64,000 nucleotides of DNA, taken from the NCBI RefSeq assembly GCF_003018255.1, contig NZ_CP027440.1; one strand, written 5' to 3'. This DNA is from Escherichia coli (GTDB taxonomy: Bacteria > Pseudomonadota > Gammaproteobacteria > Enterobacterales > Enterobacteriaceae). Below are positions 24,948 to 39,476 of this stretch, one piece after another. The notes under the pieces were generated by a model that saw only the letters and a program-made list of their open reading frames with translations, had not been told where the DNA came from and did not search any database. The stretch's first letter is position 1. Every line of letters starts with the position of its first letter. A program made the position numbers and the translations under genes.

Positions 24948-26285
24948 TTACCAGCGCTCTTTCAGCAGGTTCGGCTGAATCCCATTAATCAAATGGGTAT
25001 TGCTGAACGGCTGTTTGATTCCCGCCTCAAATTCTTCGCGGAAATATTTGATGGCGCTCTGTAACGGCTCCACTGCACCAGGTGCGTGGGCACAGAAAGT
25101 TTTACCCGGGCCTAAGAATCGACACAGTTGCTCAAGTGTTTCGATATCGCCCGGCTGACCTTCGCCACGCTCCAGCGCACGCAGAATTTTCACGCTCCAC
25201 GGCAGACCGTCGCGGCACGGCGTACACCAGCCACAGGACTCACGGGCGAAAAACTCTTCCAGGTTACGCACCAGCGACACCATGTTGATCTCATGGTCAA
25301 CCGCCATCGCCAGCGCCGTACCCATACGGCTTCCCGCTTTACCGATACTTTCGAATTCCATCGGCAGATCAAGGTGCGCTTCGGTCAGGAAGTCGGTGCC
25401 AGCGCCGCCTGGCTGCCAGGCTTTGAATTTCAGACCGTCACGCATACCACCGGCGTAATCTTCGAGGATCTCGCGTGCGGTGGTGCCGAATGGCAGTTCC
25501 CACAGGCCCGGATTTTTCACCCGACCGGAGAAGCCCATCAGCTTGGTGCCAGCATCTTTACTTTTCGAGATGTTCTGATACCACTCCACGCCGTTAGCGA
25601 GGATCGCCGGAACGTTACACAGGGTTTCGACGTTATTGACACAGGTCGGTTTGCCCCATGCACCGGAGGTTGCCGGGAATGGAGGCTTCGAGCGAGGGTT
25701 AGCGCGACGCCCTTCCAGGGAGTTGATTAACGCTGTTTCTTCACCGCAGATGTAGCGCCCAGCCCCGGTATGGACGAACAATTCGAAGTCGAAACCTGTT
25801 CCCATAATGTTTTTGCCAAGCAGACCCACTTCGGTGGCTTCGGCAATGGCACGGCGCAGATTCACTGCCGCTTCGATATACTCGCCACGCAGGAAGATGT
25901 AGCCACGGTACGCTTTCAGCGCAAACGCGGAGATGAGCATACCTTCCACCAGCAGGTGCGGCAGTTGTTCCATCAGCAGGCGGTCTTTATAGGTGCCCGG
26001 CTCCATTTCATCGGCGTTACACAGCAGGTAACGGATGTTCATGGATTCGTCTTTCGGCATCAGGCTCCATTTCAGGCCGGTAGAAAAGCCCGCGCCGCCG
26101 CGCCCTTTCAGACCAGCGTCTTTTACCTGATTAACGATTTCGTCCGGAGACAGCCCGGTCAGCGCCTTACGCGCGCCTTCGTAACCGTTTTTGCTGCGAT
26201 ATTCGTCCAGCCACACTGGCTGTTTGTCATCGCGCAGACGCCAGGTCAGCGGATGCGTTTCGGGAGTACGGATAATGTTTTTCAT
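24948..26285 (-). CDS. nuoF: NADH-quinone oxidoreductase subunit F (FMN/NADH-binding)
   Basis: 445-aa ORF; overlaps nuoE stop. Confidence 0.95.
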   Translation of the reverse strand: MKNIIRTPETHPLTWRLRDDKQPVWLDEYRSKNGYEGARKALTGLSPDEIVNQVKDAGLKGRGGAGFSTGLKWSLMPKDESMNIRYLLCNADEMEPGTYKDRLLMEQLPHLLVEGMLISAFALKAYRGYIFLRGEYIEAAVNLRRAIAEATEVGLLGKNIMGTGFDFELFVHTGAGRYICGEETALINSLEGRRANPRSKPPFPATSGAWGKPTCVNNVETLCNVPAILANGVEWYQNISKSKDAGTKLMGFSGRVKNPGLWELPFGTTAREILEDYAGGMRDGLKFKAWQPGGAGTDFLTEAHLDLPMEFESIGKAGSRMGTALAMAVDHEINMVSLVRNLEEFFARESCGWCTPCRDGLPWSVKILRALERGEGQPGDIETLEQLCRFLGPGKTFCAHAPGAVEPLQSAIKYFREEFEAGIKQPFSNTHLINGIQPNLLKERW

Positions 26286-26782
26286 TTATACCGCTCCAGC
26301 AGTTCAGGGATCGCTTCCGGGGTCAGATGCGCGTGAGTGTCCTCATCGATCATCATGTTTGGCCCTTTGTCGCAGTTCCCCAGGCAGCAAGTTGGCAGCA
26401 GCGTAAAGCGGCCATCAAATGTCGTTTGCCCTGGTTTGATGTTCAGCTTTTTCTCCAGCGCCGCCTGAATACCCTGGTAACCGTTGATGTGACAGACCAC
26501 GCTGTCGCAATAACGGATCACATGGCGACCAACCGGCTGGCGGAAGATCTGGCTATAGAACGTTGCCACGCCTTCGACGTCGCTCGCCGGAATACCCAGC
26601 ACATCGGCGATCGCGTGGATCGCGCCATCCGGCACCCAGCCACGCTGCTTCTGAACGATTTTCAGCGCTTCAATGGACGCCGCACGCGGGTCTTCGTAGT
26701 GGTGCATCTCGTGCTCAATCGCTTCACGCTCTGCCGCACTCAGCTCAAAAGCCTCGGTTTGTGGTTGTTGATTCTCGTGCAT
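26282..26782 (-). CDS. nuoE: NADH-quinone oxidoreductase subunit E
   Basis: 166-aa thioredoxin-like [2Fe-2S] ORF. Confidence 0.95.
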
Positions 26783-26784
26783 AA

Positions 26785-28587
26785 TTAGCGGTCCACATCT
26801 GACATAACAAAATCGATACTGCCCAGATAAACAATCAGGTCAGACACCAGGCTGCCGCGGATCGCCGCCGGAATTTGCTGCAAATGCGCATAACTCGGCG
26901 TACGGATACGGGTGCGATAACTCATGGTGCTACCGTCGCTGGTCAGGTAGTAACTGTTGATCCCCTTGGTCGCCTCAATCATCTGGAAAGATTCATTGGC
27001 TGGCATCACCGGACCCCACGACACTTGCAGGAAGTGGGTGATCAGGGTTTCGATATGTTGCAGCGTGCGCTCTTTCGGCGGCGGCGTGGTCAGCGGATGA
27101 TCCGCTTTGAACGGGCCTTCCGGCATGTTGTTGAGGCACTGCTCAAGAATGCGCAGACTCTGGCGCAGCTCTTCCACTTTCAGCATTACGCGGGTGTAGC
27201 AGTCAGAAACACCACCACCCACCGGGATTTCAAAGTCGAAGTTTTCATAGCCAGAATAAGGACGCGCCTTACGCACGTCGAAGTCGATCCCGGTGGCGCG
27301 CAGGCCCGCGCCAGTGGTGCCCCACTCCAGCGCCTCTTTCGCGCCATAGGCGGCAACGCCCTGGGAACGACCTTTCAGAATGGTGTTTTGCAGCGCCGCT
27401 TTCTCGTAAGACGCCAGACGTTTCGGCATCCAGTCGAGGAACTCACGCAGCAGGCGATCCCAGCCACGCGGCAGGTCGTGCGCTACACCGCCAATACGGA
27501 ACCACGCCGGGTGCATACGAAAACCCGTGATCGCTTCCACCAGATCGTAAATTTTCTGACGATCGGTAAAGGCGAAGAACACTGGCGTCATCGCGCCGAC
27601 GTCCTGAATAAAGGTGGAGATATACAGCAGGTGACTGTTGATGCGGAACAGTTCGGAGAGCATTACGCGAATGACGTTAACGCGATCCGGCACGGTGATC
27701 CCGGCCAGTTTCTCTACCGCCAGCACGTAAGGCATTTCGTTAACGCAGCCGCCGAGGTATTCGATACGGTCGGTATACGGAATGTAGCTGTGCCAGGACT
27801 GGCGTTCGCCCATTTTCTCCGCACCACGGTGGTGGTAGCCGATGTCTGGTACGCAGTCGACAATTTCTTCGCCATCAAGCTGCAAAACGATGCGGAAAGC
27901 CCCGTGCGCCGACGGGTGGTTCGGGCCGAGGTTGAGGAACATGAAGTCCTCGTTTTCGGTGCCGCGCTTCATCCCCCACTCTTCCGGTTTGAAGGTCAGG
28001 GCTTCCATCTCCAGGTCCTGTTTGGCTTTGGTCAGCTCAAACGGCGAGAATTCGGTAGCGCGCGCCGGATAATCTTTACGCAGCGGGTGACCTTTCCAGG
28101 TTTGCGGCATCATGATGCGGCGCAGGTTCGGGTGACCGTCGAAAGTAATGCCAAACAGATCCCAGGTTTCACGCTCATACCAGTTAGCGTTCGGGAACAG
28201 TTTGGTGAAGGTCGGTACGTGCAGGTCGTTTTCTGCCAGCGCCACCTTCAGCATGATGTCGCGGTTACGATCGATAGAAATCAGATGGTAGAAAACGGAA
28301 AAATCCGCGGCAGGTAACCCTTCGCGGTGTGTGCGCAGACGTTCGTCCATGCCGTGTAAGTCAAACAGCATGACGTAAGGTTTCGGCAGTTTCTTTAAGA
28401 AATCGCCCACTTCCAGTAATTGTTCACGCTTGATCCACACAACGGGAACCCCGGTGCGAGTCGCCTGAACAGTAAAGGCATCCGGCCCAAAACGGTTGCG
28501 CAGTTCGCCAATCACCGGATCATCAAGATGATCGCGGGTCTGCCAGGCGGGTTCTTGCGCGGTTAAGTCGGTCATATTGTTCACCAT
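26785..28587 (-). CDS. nuoC: NADH-quinone oxidoreductase fused subunit C/D
   Basis: 600-aa fused NuoC-NuoD ORF typical of Enterobacteriaceae. Confidence 0.95.
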
Positions 28588-28680
28588 TGCAAATGGTCCG
28601 TGGTGACTGTCGGCGCAGTAAGCTTCGCGAAATAGATTTAGGAATAAGCGAAGAAAAATTCCTTTGCCGACAGGCGCAAA

Positions 28681-29343
28681 TTAAATCTCGTCAGGTGTAC
28701 GCAGGTTGGTTACGGCAATGCGTTCACCGCGCTTGCGTTCGCGCTCTGATTGCATATTGGCGCGATAAACGCCCTGATCGCCAACCACCCAGGAGAGCGG
28801 ACGACGTTCTTTACCGATAGATTCCTGCAACAGCATCAGTGCCTGCATGTACGCTTCAGGACGCGGAGGGCAGCCCGGGATATACACATCAACCGGGATG
28901 AATTTATCGACGCCCTGCACAACGGAATAAATATCGTACATACCGCCGGAGTTGGCACAGGCACCCATTGAGATAACCCATTTTGGTTCCAGCATCTGGT
29001 CATACAGACGCTGAATAACCGGTGCCATTTTTGTAAAGCAGGTTCCTGCAACGACCATCAGGTCAGCCTGACGCGGCGAAGCTCGCAATACTTCTGCGCC
29101 AAAACGCGCCACGTCATGCACCGCGGTAAACGAAGTCACCATCTCAACGTAACAGCAGGAAAGACCGAAGTTATACGGCCAAATTGAGTTTTTACGACCC
29201 CAGTTAACCATGTCATTGAGCTTGCCCATAAACACGTTTTTATTAACTTCTTGCTCCAGAGGGTCGGTTACGATCTCCTGCTTTTGCAGGGGGTAACGGT
29301 CGTTCTCACCGTTGGGATCTATGCGGGTGAGCGTATAATCCAT
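28681..29343 (-). CDS. nuoB: NADH-quinone oxidoreductase subunit B
   Basis: 220-aa ORF with CCxxE...GxCxxxGG motif region. Confidence 0.95.
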
Positions 29344-29358
29344 CTTAATGCCTCGCGG

Positions 29359-29802
29359 TTAGCGTTGACGATTAGCGATACTGTTCGTTTCCGGGTTCAT
29401 ACGCTCGCGGCGTGAACGCGCGGGCGTCCAGTCCAGCGCGCCAATACGCACCAGATAAACCAGACCTGCCAGTAACACAAAAATAAAAATTGCAGCTTCC
29501 ACAAAGCCTACCCAGCCGCTTTCGCGGATAGAGGTTGACCATGCGAACAGATACAGCGCTTCAACGTCGAAGATAACGAAGAACATGGCCACCAGATAAA
29601 ACTTGGCGGACAGGCGTAAGCGGGCGGAGCCGACCGAGTCGATACCGGATTCAAACGGAACGTTTTTCGACCTTGCGCGTGCGCGACCGCCTAAAAACCA
29701 ACCGCCTACCAGCATCAGGCAACACAGGCCAATGGCAACGATAAGAAAGATAGCGAATGCCCAGTGATGAGCGATGACTTCAGTGGATGTTGACATACTC
29801 AT
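29359..29802 (-). CDS. nuoA: NADH-quinone oxidoreductase subunit A
   Basis: 147-aa membrane ORF; first gene of operon. Confidence 0.93.
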
Positions 29803-30347
29803 TGCTTACTCATCAAAAGTAGCGCCAGATTCACTGCTCTTCACGGCAGATGGACGCCACATCGATTCATGGGGAGGAATAAAAAAAACCTTACAATCAC
29901 TGTAGAAATTCTTTTATACAGCTAATTGATGTGGTCTTTTACTCCTTTCTATAACCTTTTGTCAACTTTAACAAAAGTTTCTTCACATTAGTTTACATAA
30001 TATCAACACCATTAGCATTTAATGCCCTTTCACCCCAGATCCTTGACGACTCCAGGATAATTAGATGTTGTTGAATCGTGTCCGTTGTGAAGCAATGGAA
30101 AAAATACGGGTCTATTTTGACAGGAATTTGTGTCGATTCCTCCCCCCAAAAGAGAGTATTTTCTTGATCTGTGACACGCTTTTGTCATTCCATAACAAAA
30201 ACGCAGCAACAAATTTACGTATTTTTTAACATCATTGTAGCAGGTGATTTTTTTCAGGCGATTATTTGTGCGTTCGGGACGTGAATCTCTGGTGATTGAA
30301 AAATGAACAGTTTTGTACGTTCTGCACGATACGAGGAAGGCTTTTTA

Positions 30348-30388
30348 CTAAAAAAAAGCCGCTGGGGTTTAAAACACCCCCAGCGGCT
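30348..30388 (-). terminator. rho-independent terminator of lrhA
   Basis: Stem AGCCGCTGGGG / CCCCAGCGGCT followed on the minus strand by T8. Confidence 0.75.
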
Positions 30389-30431
30389 CGTTTTTACACT
30401 ATTGTCTCAGAAATTATCTATGGTCCGTCGA

Positions 30432-31373
<942 letters not shown>

Positions 31374-32289
31374 TTATCACTTACTGGCGGCTCATACTGA
31401 GCTGGTTAATGCTGTGCACACACAAACAAGCAATTCCATTTGTAATGTGCCTCCCTGGCAGTTTCATCCGGAACCCGGACGAAAGTAAAAATGCATATGA
31501 GTTGCACTAAAAAAGCGACTCACATTGTTCCGTTATAATGCCTGAAGTAGATCACAGAATATATCTTCAGGAATCGCATATCTATTAAGTTACTCACTCT
31601 TTTGTATTTATGACATGCGCGTGTTTGTATAAATGTAAATGTGAGTCCTTGTTCCACTCTCGTGCAGCATCGCTGGTCATACGCGAACACGTACAAACAG
31701 CAATGGTGAGGCGGCATCAAGAGCAGGGATCCGTCATTTATGCGAGCATTTTACCCCAAAAACCTTTTATTTATAAGGGTCATTGCGAATTATCTGATGC
31801 AAAGTTATGTTATGTTAGGCAAAGTAATCTTCTATTATTAATAAGCACAACAAAACCTTTTTGAATATTAAATAATAATTAATTAGCATCATCCTCATAC
31901 ATTAATCCCGCTTAACAATAGTTTCACACCTTGCACCCATTACGACACCTCGGAAATCATCACGCTGTTAAACTCTCCGTAATGCGGAAATATCATCATC
32001 ACGATTCATTAGTGAATTCTTAAACGAGGCATTTTCAAACAATTATCTTACAGATAAAAAAACCACAGTCGCAATTAAGAATCAGAACAATTCACTACAT
32101 AACATTAATTACTAAGCATATACACCTCATTATTTTGCCACTATTAAGTTATTAACAGCACAATCGAGTCTTCCCCTCTGGCAAAATCTTATTCTGCAGA
32201 CCTTCAAAACGCCGTCCTGGGGGAGTACATTGTTCTAAGCTGACTTCCACGGCAGGGAGTGGCGATAACAGCAAAAAAGGTCAAGATTC

Positions 32290-33507
32290 ATGTCCCCCAT
32301 TGAAAAATCCAGCAAATTAGAGAATGTCTGTTACGACATCCGTGGTCCGGTGCTGAAAGAAGCAAAACGCCTGGAAGAAGAAGGTAACAAGGTACTGAAA
32401 CTGAACATCGGCAACCCTGCCCCGTTCGGTTTTGACGCGCCAGATGAAATCCTCGTTGACGTGATTCGCAACCTGCCTACCGCTCAAGGGTATTGCGATT
32501 CCAAAGGGCTTTACTCCGCGCGTAAAGCCATCATGCAGCACTACCAGGCTCGTGGCATGCGTGATGTTACCGTGGAAGATATTTACATCGGAAATGGTGT
32601 ATCGGAGCTTATCGTTCAGGCAATGCAGGCATTGCTGAACAGCGGCGACGAAATGTTGGTTCCTGCACCTGATTACCCACTATGGACCGCGGCGGTTTCG
32701 CTCTCCAGCGGTAAAGCGGTGCATTATCTTTGCGATGAATCCTCTGACTGGTTCCCGGACCTTGATGATATTCGCGCTAAAATTACGCCTCGTACGCGTG
32801 GGATCGTTATTATCAACCCAAATAACCCAACCGGCGCGGTATATTCCAAAGAGCTTTTAATGGAGATAGTGGAGATTGCACGTCAGCATAATCTCATTAT
32901 CTTCGCCGATGAAATTTATGACAAAATTCTCTACGACGACGCTGAGCATCACTCAATTGCGCCGCTGGCACCTGATCTGCTGACCATTACCTTTAACGGC
33001 CTGTCGAAAACATACCGCGTTGCAGGCTTCCGTCAGGGGTGGATGGTGTTGAACGGGCCGAAAAAACACGCCAAAGGCTACATCGAAGGTCTGGAAATGC
33101 TGGCTTCAATGCGCCTGTGTGCTAACGTTCCTGCGCAACACGCCATTCAGACCGCGCTGGGCGGTTATCAGAGCATCAGTGAATTTATTACCCCTGGCGG
33201 TCGTCTTTATGAGCAGCGTAACCGCGCATGGGAATTGATCAATGATATTCCGGGCGTTTCCTGCGTGAAACCTCGTGGTGCGCTGTACATGTTCCCGAAA
33301 ATCGACGCCAAACGCTTTAATATTCACGACGATCAGAAAATGGTGCTGGATTTCCTGTTGCAGGAAAAAGTTCTGTTGGTGCAAGGGACGGCATTCAACT
33401 GGCCGTGGCCGGATCACTTCCGCATTGTCACGCTACCGCGTGTCGATGATATCGAGCTGTCTTTGAGCAAGTTCGCGCGTTTCCTTTCTGGTTATCATCA
33501 GCTGTAA
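32290..33507 (+). CDS. alaA: glutamate-pyruvate aminotransferase (PLP-dependent)
   Basis: 405-aa class I aminotransferase ORF. Confidence 0.92.
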   Translation: MSPIEKSSKLENVCYDIRGPVLKEAKRLEEEGNKVLKLNIGNPAPFGFDAPDEILVDVIRNLPTAQGYCDSKGLYSARKAIMQHYQARGMRDVTVEDIYIGNGVSELIVQAMQALLNSGDEMLVPAPDYPLWTAAVSLSSGKAVHYLCDESSDWFPDLDDIRAKITPRTRGIVIINPNNPTGAVYSKELLMEIVEIARQHNLIIFADEIYDKILYDDAEHHSIAPLAPDLLTITFNGLSKTYRVAGFRQGWMVLNGPKKHAKGYIEGLEMLASMRLCANVPAQHAIQTALGGYQSISEFITPGGRLYEQRNRAWELINDIPGVSCVKPRGALYMFPKIDAKRFNIHDDQKMVLDFLLQEKVLLVQGTAFNWPWPDHFRIVTLPRVDDIELSLSKFARFLSGYHQL

Positions 33508-33590
33508 TCTTAATTTCACTGCCGGAGATTGCATCCGGCAGTGTTATCCCGCCACAATGACCTGATGATGTCATCATACGTAAGGTCACT

Positions 33591-34190
33591 ATGAAACAGA
33601 GCCATTTTTTTGCCCATCTCTCCCGCCTGAAACTCATTAACCGCTGGCCGCTAATGCGCAATGTGCGGACGGAAAATGTGTCCGAACACAGTTTGCAGGT
33701 AGCGATGGTCGCCCATGCGCTGGCAGCTATCAAAAATCGTAAATTTGGCGGTAATGTCAACGCCGAACGTATCGCTTTACTGGCGATGTACCACGATGCC
33801 TCAGAAGTGCTTACCGGCGATCTCCCTACCCCGGTGAAATACTTCAATTCGCAAATCGCTCAGGAATACAAGGCGATTGAAAAAATCGCTCAGCAAAAAC
33901 TGGTCGATATGGTTCCGGAAGAGTTGCGGGATATCTTTGCGCCGTTAATTGACGAGCATGCATATAGTGATGAAGAAAAATCACTGGTGAAACAGGCAGA
34001 TGCACTATGTGCATATCTGAAATGTCTGGAAGAACTCGCGGCGGGAAATAATGAATTCTTGCTGGCAAAAACGCGACTGGAAGCGACGCTTGAAGCGCGC
34101 CGCAGCCAGGAGATGGACTACTTCATGGAAGTCTTTGTTCCCAGCTTCCATCTTTCGCTCGATGAGATTAGCCAGGATTCACCGCTGTAA
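33591..34190 (+). CDS. yfbR: 5'-deoxynucleotidase (HD domain)
   Basis: 199-aa HD-domain ORF. Confidence 0.88.
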
Positions 34191-34203
34191 GCAGCCGGAG
34201 TCT

Positions 34204-34243
34204 GCGTCGCATCAGGCAATAAGCGCCGGATGCGACATCAGGC
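34204..34243. repeat. REP element between yfbR and yfbS
   Basis: GCGTCGCATCAGGC...GCCGGATGCGAC imperfect palindrome of REP type. Confidence 0.6.
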
Positions 34244-34248
34244 TCTTG

Positions 34249-36081
34249 TCAAAACGGAAACAGCATCGGGATCATCACCACACAAACCGCCATCACGATA
34301 ATGGTGAACGGTACCCCCAACTTCACAAAGTCACTGAAGCTGTAATTTCCCGGACCTAAAACCAGTGTGTTAACAGGTGAAGAAACCGGCGTCATAAAGG
34401 CGGCGGATGCTGCCATCGCCACGACCATCGCGAATGGGTAAGGCGACACCCCCATCGTTTTAGCAGCAGCCAGCGCAATCGGAGCCATCAACACCGCCGT
34501 CGCGGTATTAGAAATAAATAGCCCAATAACCGCCGACAAGACAAACAAACAACCCAGCATCATATGTGGCCCGTAACCGCCGCCAATGTCCATCAGCCCT
34601 TTCACCGCCAGCGCAACACCTCCCGTTTTCTGTAATGCCACAGCAAACGGCATCATCCCAACGATCAAAATAATGCTCGGCCAGTGTATGGATTTATAGG
34701 CGCTTTCAGCATCGATACAGCGGAATTTCCCCATCAGCAGGCAGGCGATGATAGCGGCAACAGGATTAGGAATTTCATCGGTCAGCATTAACGCCACCAT
34801 TAGCACCAGACAGAAAATGGCATGGGGTGCCTGACTGTGCGCGGGCGATGCTTCACTCACCTCTTCCGGTAAGTTCAGCGCTACGAAGTCGCGGCCCTGT
34901 TTGGCCAGCATACCGATCAGTTTCCAGTTACCCACAACCAGGATGATATCGCCCAGCAGCAGAGGCTCATCCGCCAGCGAACCTTCCAGCGCCACGCCAT
35001 TGCGCTTTAGCCCCACTACATTCAATCCGTAGCGGGTACGAAAACCAATTTCGCGCACCGATTTACCAATAAGTTCTGACTCAGGAATTAATGAAATCTC
35101 TGCCATGCCCACATCAAGGGCCTGGTCAGAAAAATACTCGCCGCGCAGTACCATCGGCTCCAGCAATTGCTCACTACAAAATTGCCGGAGATCGACATCA
35201 GCCGCAGACATATCAATAAGCAAAACGTCACGCGCGCGAAATTCAGAAACCCCATTAACGTTCACGATAACGCGACGAAAACGCCGCCAGCGTTCAACAC
35301 CGATGACGTTAGCACCATAACGTTCACGTAATTTGAGATCGTCCAGTCGTTGACCAATCATTGGCGATCCGGGGCGAATAGCCAGACGTCGCGCACGCCC
35401 GGTCAGTCGATATTCACGGATAAGATCGCGAAAGGTTCGGCGCGTCCAGCCTTCGCGTTGTGGGGTCTGGGTATCCCCTTTCAGCATGAAACGCATCACT
35501 AACATATACAAAATACCCAGCACCAGCACGACCAGGCCAATAGGTGTTACGCTAAAGAAACTGAAGCCGTGATAGCCTTCACGCAGCAATTCACTGTTGA
35601 CTACCAGGTTCGGCGGCGTCGCCACCAGCGTCATCATGCCGCTTATCAGCCCGGCAAAACTTAACGGCATCATCAGACGCGACGGCGACGTTTGCATACG
35701 CATGGCAACGCTTAACACCACGGGAATAAAGATAGCGACAACGCCGGTTGAACTCATAAACGCGCCAAGCCCCGCGACGGTCAGCATCAACAAAACCAAC
35801 ATTTTGATTTCACTGTTGCCCGCCACTTTGACCAGCCATGTCCCCATTACAGTGGCAACACCGGTACGGACCAAACCATCGCCAATAATGAACAAGGCGG
35901 CAATCAGGACAACGTTAGGATCGGAAAAGCCGGAAAATACTTCGGGGACCGTCAGCGTTCCGCTTAATGCAAACGCGACAATAACAAACAAAGCGACCGC
36001 ATCCATACGCACTCTGCCCGTCGCAAACAAGACGATGGCAACGGCCAGTAATGAAAGAACCCAAATCAATTCACCGTTCAC
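34249..36081 (-). CDS. yfbS: putative anion transporter with tandem TrkA-C (RCK_C) domains
   Basis: 610-aa polytopic ORF with central soluble region. Confidence 0.85.
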
Positions 36082-36167
36082 AACTTATCCTTGTTAATTG
36101 AGGGGGATAACTTGATTCTGCCATAAAAAAGCCCCGACGAGACGGGGCTAAATCATGATCAGGTGTT

Positions 36168-36818
36168 TCACTGAATAATAACATCGCCATTTGGCTGTTT
36201 GGTCACAGTAATTTGCTCCAGACTGTGGAGGACCAAATCGACCTCATTCAGGCGCGGGGTATCTGCCGGAGCGTTAACCGCAATGACATGGCAACCCGCC
36301 GCCAGGCCAGAAAGCACGCCAGCGGGAGCATCTTCCACCACTACACACTCCTGCGGCGCAAGCCCCAGCAGCTGCGCGCCTAGCAGATACGCATCAGGTT
36401 CTGGTTTTCCGCGCTTCACTCGCTCAGCGGTCACAAACACCTCTGGCGCGGGAAGCCCAGCTATTTTATGGCGCGCTCGCGCTACCGGCATGGAGCCAGA
36501 AGTCACAATGGCCCACGGAATACCTGCTTTATTCAAATGATTGAGTAAGGCGATTGCCCCCGGAAGTGCGGTAATACCCTCGGTTTCCGTGGCCTCGATT
36601 TGCTCCAGACGCGTAAACTCGGCGGCAATATCAGCCTCGGATTTGCCCGCCATAAAATGGCGCAAAGAGGTGATCGCCTGTTTACCGTGAATAAAAGCCA
36701 GCACCTCTTCCGGCGCTAACCCATGACGTCTGGCCCAGTTGCTCCACGCCCGTTCTACCGCAGGCAGGGAATCCACCAGCGTTCCATCAAGATCAAACAG
36801 AAAACCTTTGCACCGCAC
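36168..36818 (-). CDS. yfbT: HAD-superfamily sugar-phosphate phosphatase
   Basis: 216-aa ORF with DxD motif (FLFDLDGTLVDS). Confidence 0.88.
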   Translation of the reverse strand: MRCKGFLFDLDGTLVDSLPAVERAWSNWARRHGLAPEEVLAFIHGKQAITSLRHFMAGKSEADIAAEFTRLEQIEATETEGITALPGAIALLNHLNKAGIPWAIVTSGSMPVARARHKIAGLPAPEVFVTAERVKRGKPEPDAYLLGAQLLGLAPQECVVVEDAPAGVLSGLAAGCHVIAVNAPADTPRLNEVDLVLHSLEQITVTKQPNGDVIIQ

Positions 36819-36828
36819 GCGGGCCTCC

Positions 36829-37386
<558 letters not shown>

Positions 37387-37406
37387 TATGCGTAATCAGG
37401 GGTCAA

Positions 37407-37862
37407 TTACAAATCATCAAGGAAAGTTTTATCCAGTTGTTTGAAGGCGCGCTTAAGCGTGTCAGCTAATGCCTGGTAATCAGGCTTGCCTTCAACGGGT
37501 GCCAACACCTGTCCAGACTCCTGCAATTTACCGCGAACTTCATAAAACCAGTTAAGGATTGCAGGGGGTAATGGCGTTACAGAACGTTTGCCCAGCCACC
37601 ACAATCCCTGCATGGGTAAACTTAAGGCGAACAGCGCAGTGGCAACTGCCGGCCCAAGCTGACCGCCCAGGGCAATCTGCCAGCAGAGAGTAAATACGGC
37701 GATCGGCGGCATAAAACGGATCGCATAACGCGTCATCTTGATAACGCGATTTTCGACAAAGACCGGGGCAAGGCGTTTTTCCAGCGGCCACGTCTTTGAG
37801 TAATGCTGTCCCCGGCGAAACAAGCTAAAAAAATTAACAGAACGATTATCCGGCGTTGACAT
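37407..37862 (-). CDS. yfbV: UPF0208 inner-membrane protein
   Basis: 151-aa ORF with two predicted TM segments; divergent from ackA. Confidence 0.8.
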
Positions 37863-38199
37863 GCTTCACCTCAACTTCACATATAAAGATTCAAAAATTT
37901 GTGCAAATTCACAACTCAGCGGGACAACGTTCAAAACATTTTGTCTTCCATACCCACTATCAGGTATCCTTTAGCAGCCTGAAGGCCTAAGTAGTACATA
38001 TTCATTGAGTCGTCAAATTCATATACATTATGCCATTGGCTGAAAATTACGCAAAATGGCATAGACTCAAGATATTTCTTCCATCATGCAAAAAAAATTT
38101 GCAGTGCATGATGTTAATCATAAATGTCGGTGTCATCATGCGCTACGCTCTATGGCTCCCTGACGTTTTTTTAGCCACGTATCAATTATAGGTACTTCC

Positions 38200-39402
38200 A
38201 TGTCGAGTAAGTTAGTACTGGTTCTGAACTGCGGTAGTTCTTCACTGAAATTTGCCATCATCGATGCAGTAAATGGTGAAGAGTACCTTTCTGGTTTAGC
38301 CGAATGTTTCCACCTGCCCGAAGCACGTATCAAATGGAAAATGGACGGCAATAAACAGGAAGCGGCTTTAGGTGCAGGCGCCGCTCACAGCGAAGCGCTC
38401 AACTTTATCGTTAATACTATTCTGGCACAAAAACCAGAACTGTCTGCGCAGCTGACTGCTATCGGTCACCGTATCGTACACGGCGGCGAAAAGTATACCA
38501 GCTCCGTAGTGATCGATGAGTCTGTTATTCAGGGTATCAAAGATGCAGCTTCTTTTGCACCGCTGCACAACCCGGCTCACCTGATCGGTATCGAAGAAGC
38601 TCTGAAATCTTTCCCACAGCTGAAAGACAAAAACGTTGCTGTATTTGACACCGCGTTCCACCAGACTATGCCGGAAGAGTCTTACCTCTACGCCCTGCCG
38701 TACAACCTGTACAAAGAGCACGGCATCCGTCGTTACGGCGCGCACGGCACCAGCCACTTCTATGTAACCCAGGAAGCGGCAAAAATGCTGAACAAACCGG
38801 TAGAAGAACTGAACATCATCACCTGCCACCTGGGCAACGGTGGTTCCGTTTCTGCTATCCGCAACGGTAAATGCGTTGACACCTCTATGGGCCTGACCCC
38901 GCTGGAAGGTCTGGTCATGGGTACCCGTTCTGGTGATATCGATCCGGCGATCATCTTCCACCTGCACGACACCCTGGGCATGAGCGTTGACGCAATCAAC
39001 AAACTGCTGACCAAAGAGTCTGGCCTGCTGGGTCTGACCGAAGTGACCAGCGACTGCCGCTATGTTGAAGACAACTACGCGACGAAAGAAGACGCGAAGC
39101 GCGCAATGGACGTTTACTGCCACCGCCTGGCGAAATACATCGGTGCCTACACTGCGCTGATGGATGGTCGTCTGGACGCTGTTGTATTCACCGGTGGTAT
39201 CGGTGAAAATGCCGCGATGGTTCGTGAACTGTCTCTGGGCAAACTGGGCGTGCTGGGCTTTGAAGTTGATCATGAACGCAACCTGGCTGCACGTTTCGGC
39301 AAATCTGGTTTCATCAACAAAGAAGGTACCCGTCCTGCGGTGGTTATCCCAACCAACGAAGAACTGGTTATCGCGCAAGACGCGAGCCGCCTGACAGCCT
39401 GA
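38200..39402 (+). CDS. ackA: acetate kinase
   Basis: 400-aa ORF ([23 protein letters not shown]...). Confidence 0.96.
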   Translation: MSSKLVLVLNCGSSSLKFAIIDAVNGEEYLSGLAECFHLPEARIKWKMDGNKQEAALGAGAAHSEALNFIVNTILAQKPELSAQLTAIGHRIVHGGEKYTSSVVIDESVIQGIKDAASFAPLHNPAHLIGIEEALKSFPQLKDKNVAVFDTAFHQTMPEESYLYALPYNLYKEHGIRRYGAHGTSHFYVTQEAAKMLNKPVEELNIITCHLGNGGSVSAIRNGKCVDTSMGLTPLEGLVMGTRSGDIDPAIIFHLHDTLGMSVDAINKLLTKESGLLGLTEVTSDCRYVEDNYATKEDAKRAMDVYCHRLAKYIGAYTALMDGRLDAVVFTGGIGENAAMVRELSLGKLGVLGFEVDHERNLAARFGKSGFINKEGTRPAVVIPTNEELVIAQDASRLTA

Positions 39403-39476
39403 TTTCACACCGCCAGCTCAGCTGGCGGTGCTGTTTTGTAACCCGCCAAATCGGCGGTAACGAAAGAGGATAAACC

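Noticed and set aside
31520-31864. Small ORFs (66 and 84 aa) in the lrhA-alaA intergenic region
   Set aside because: AT-rich promoter/leader DNA, no Shine-Dalgarno, overlapping opposite-strand frames, odd Cys/Tyr-rich composition; most likely non-coding.
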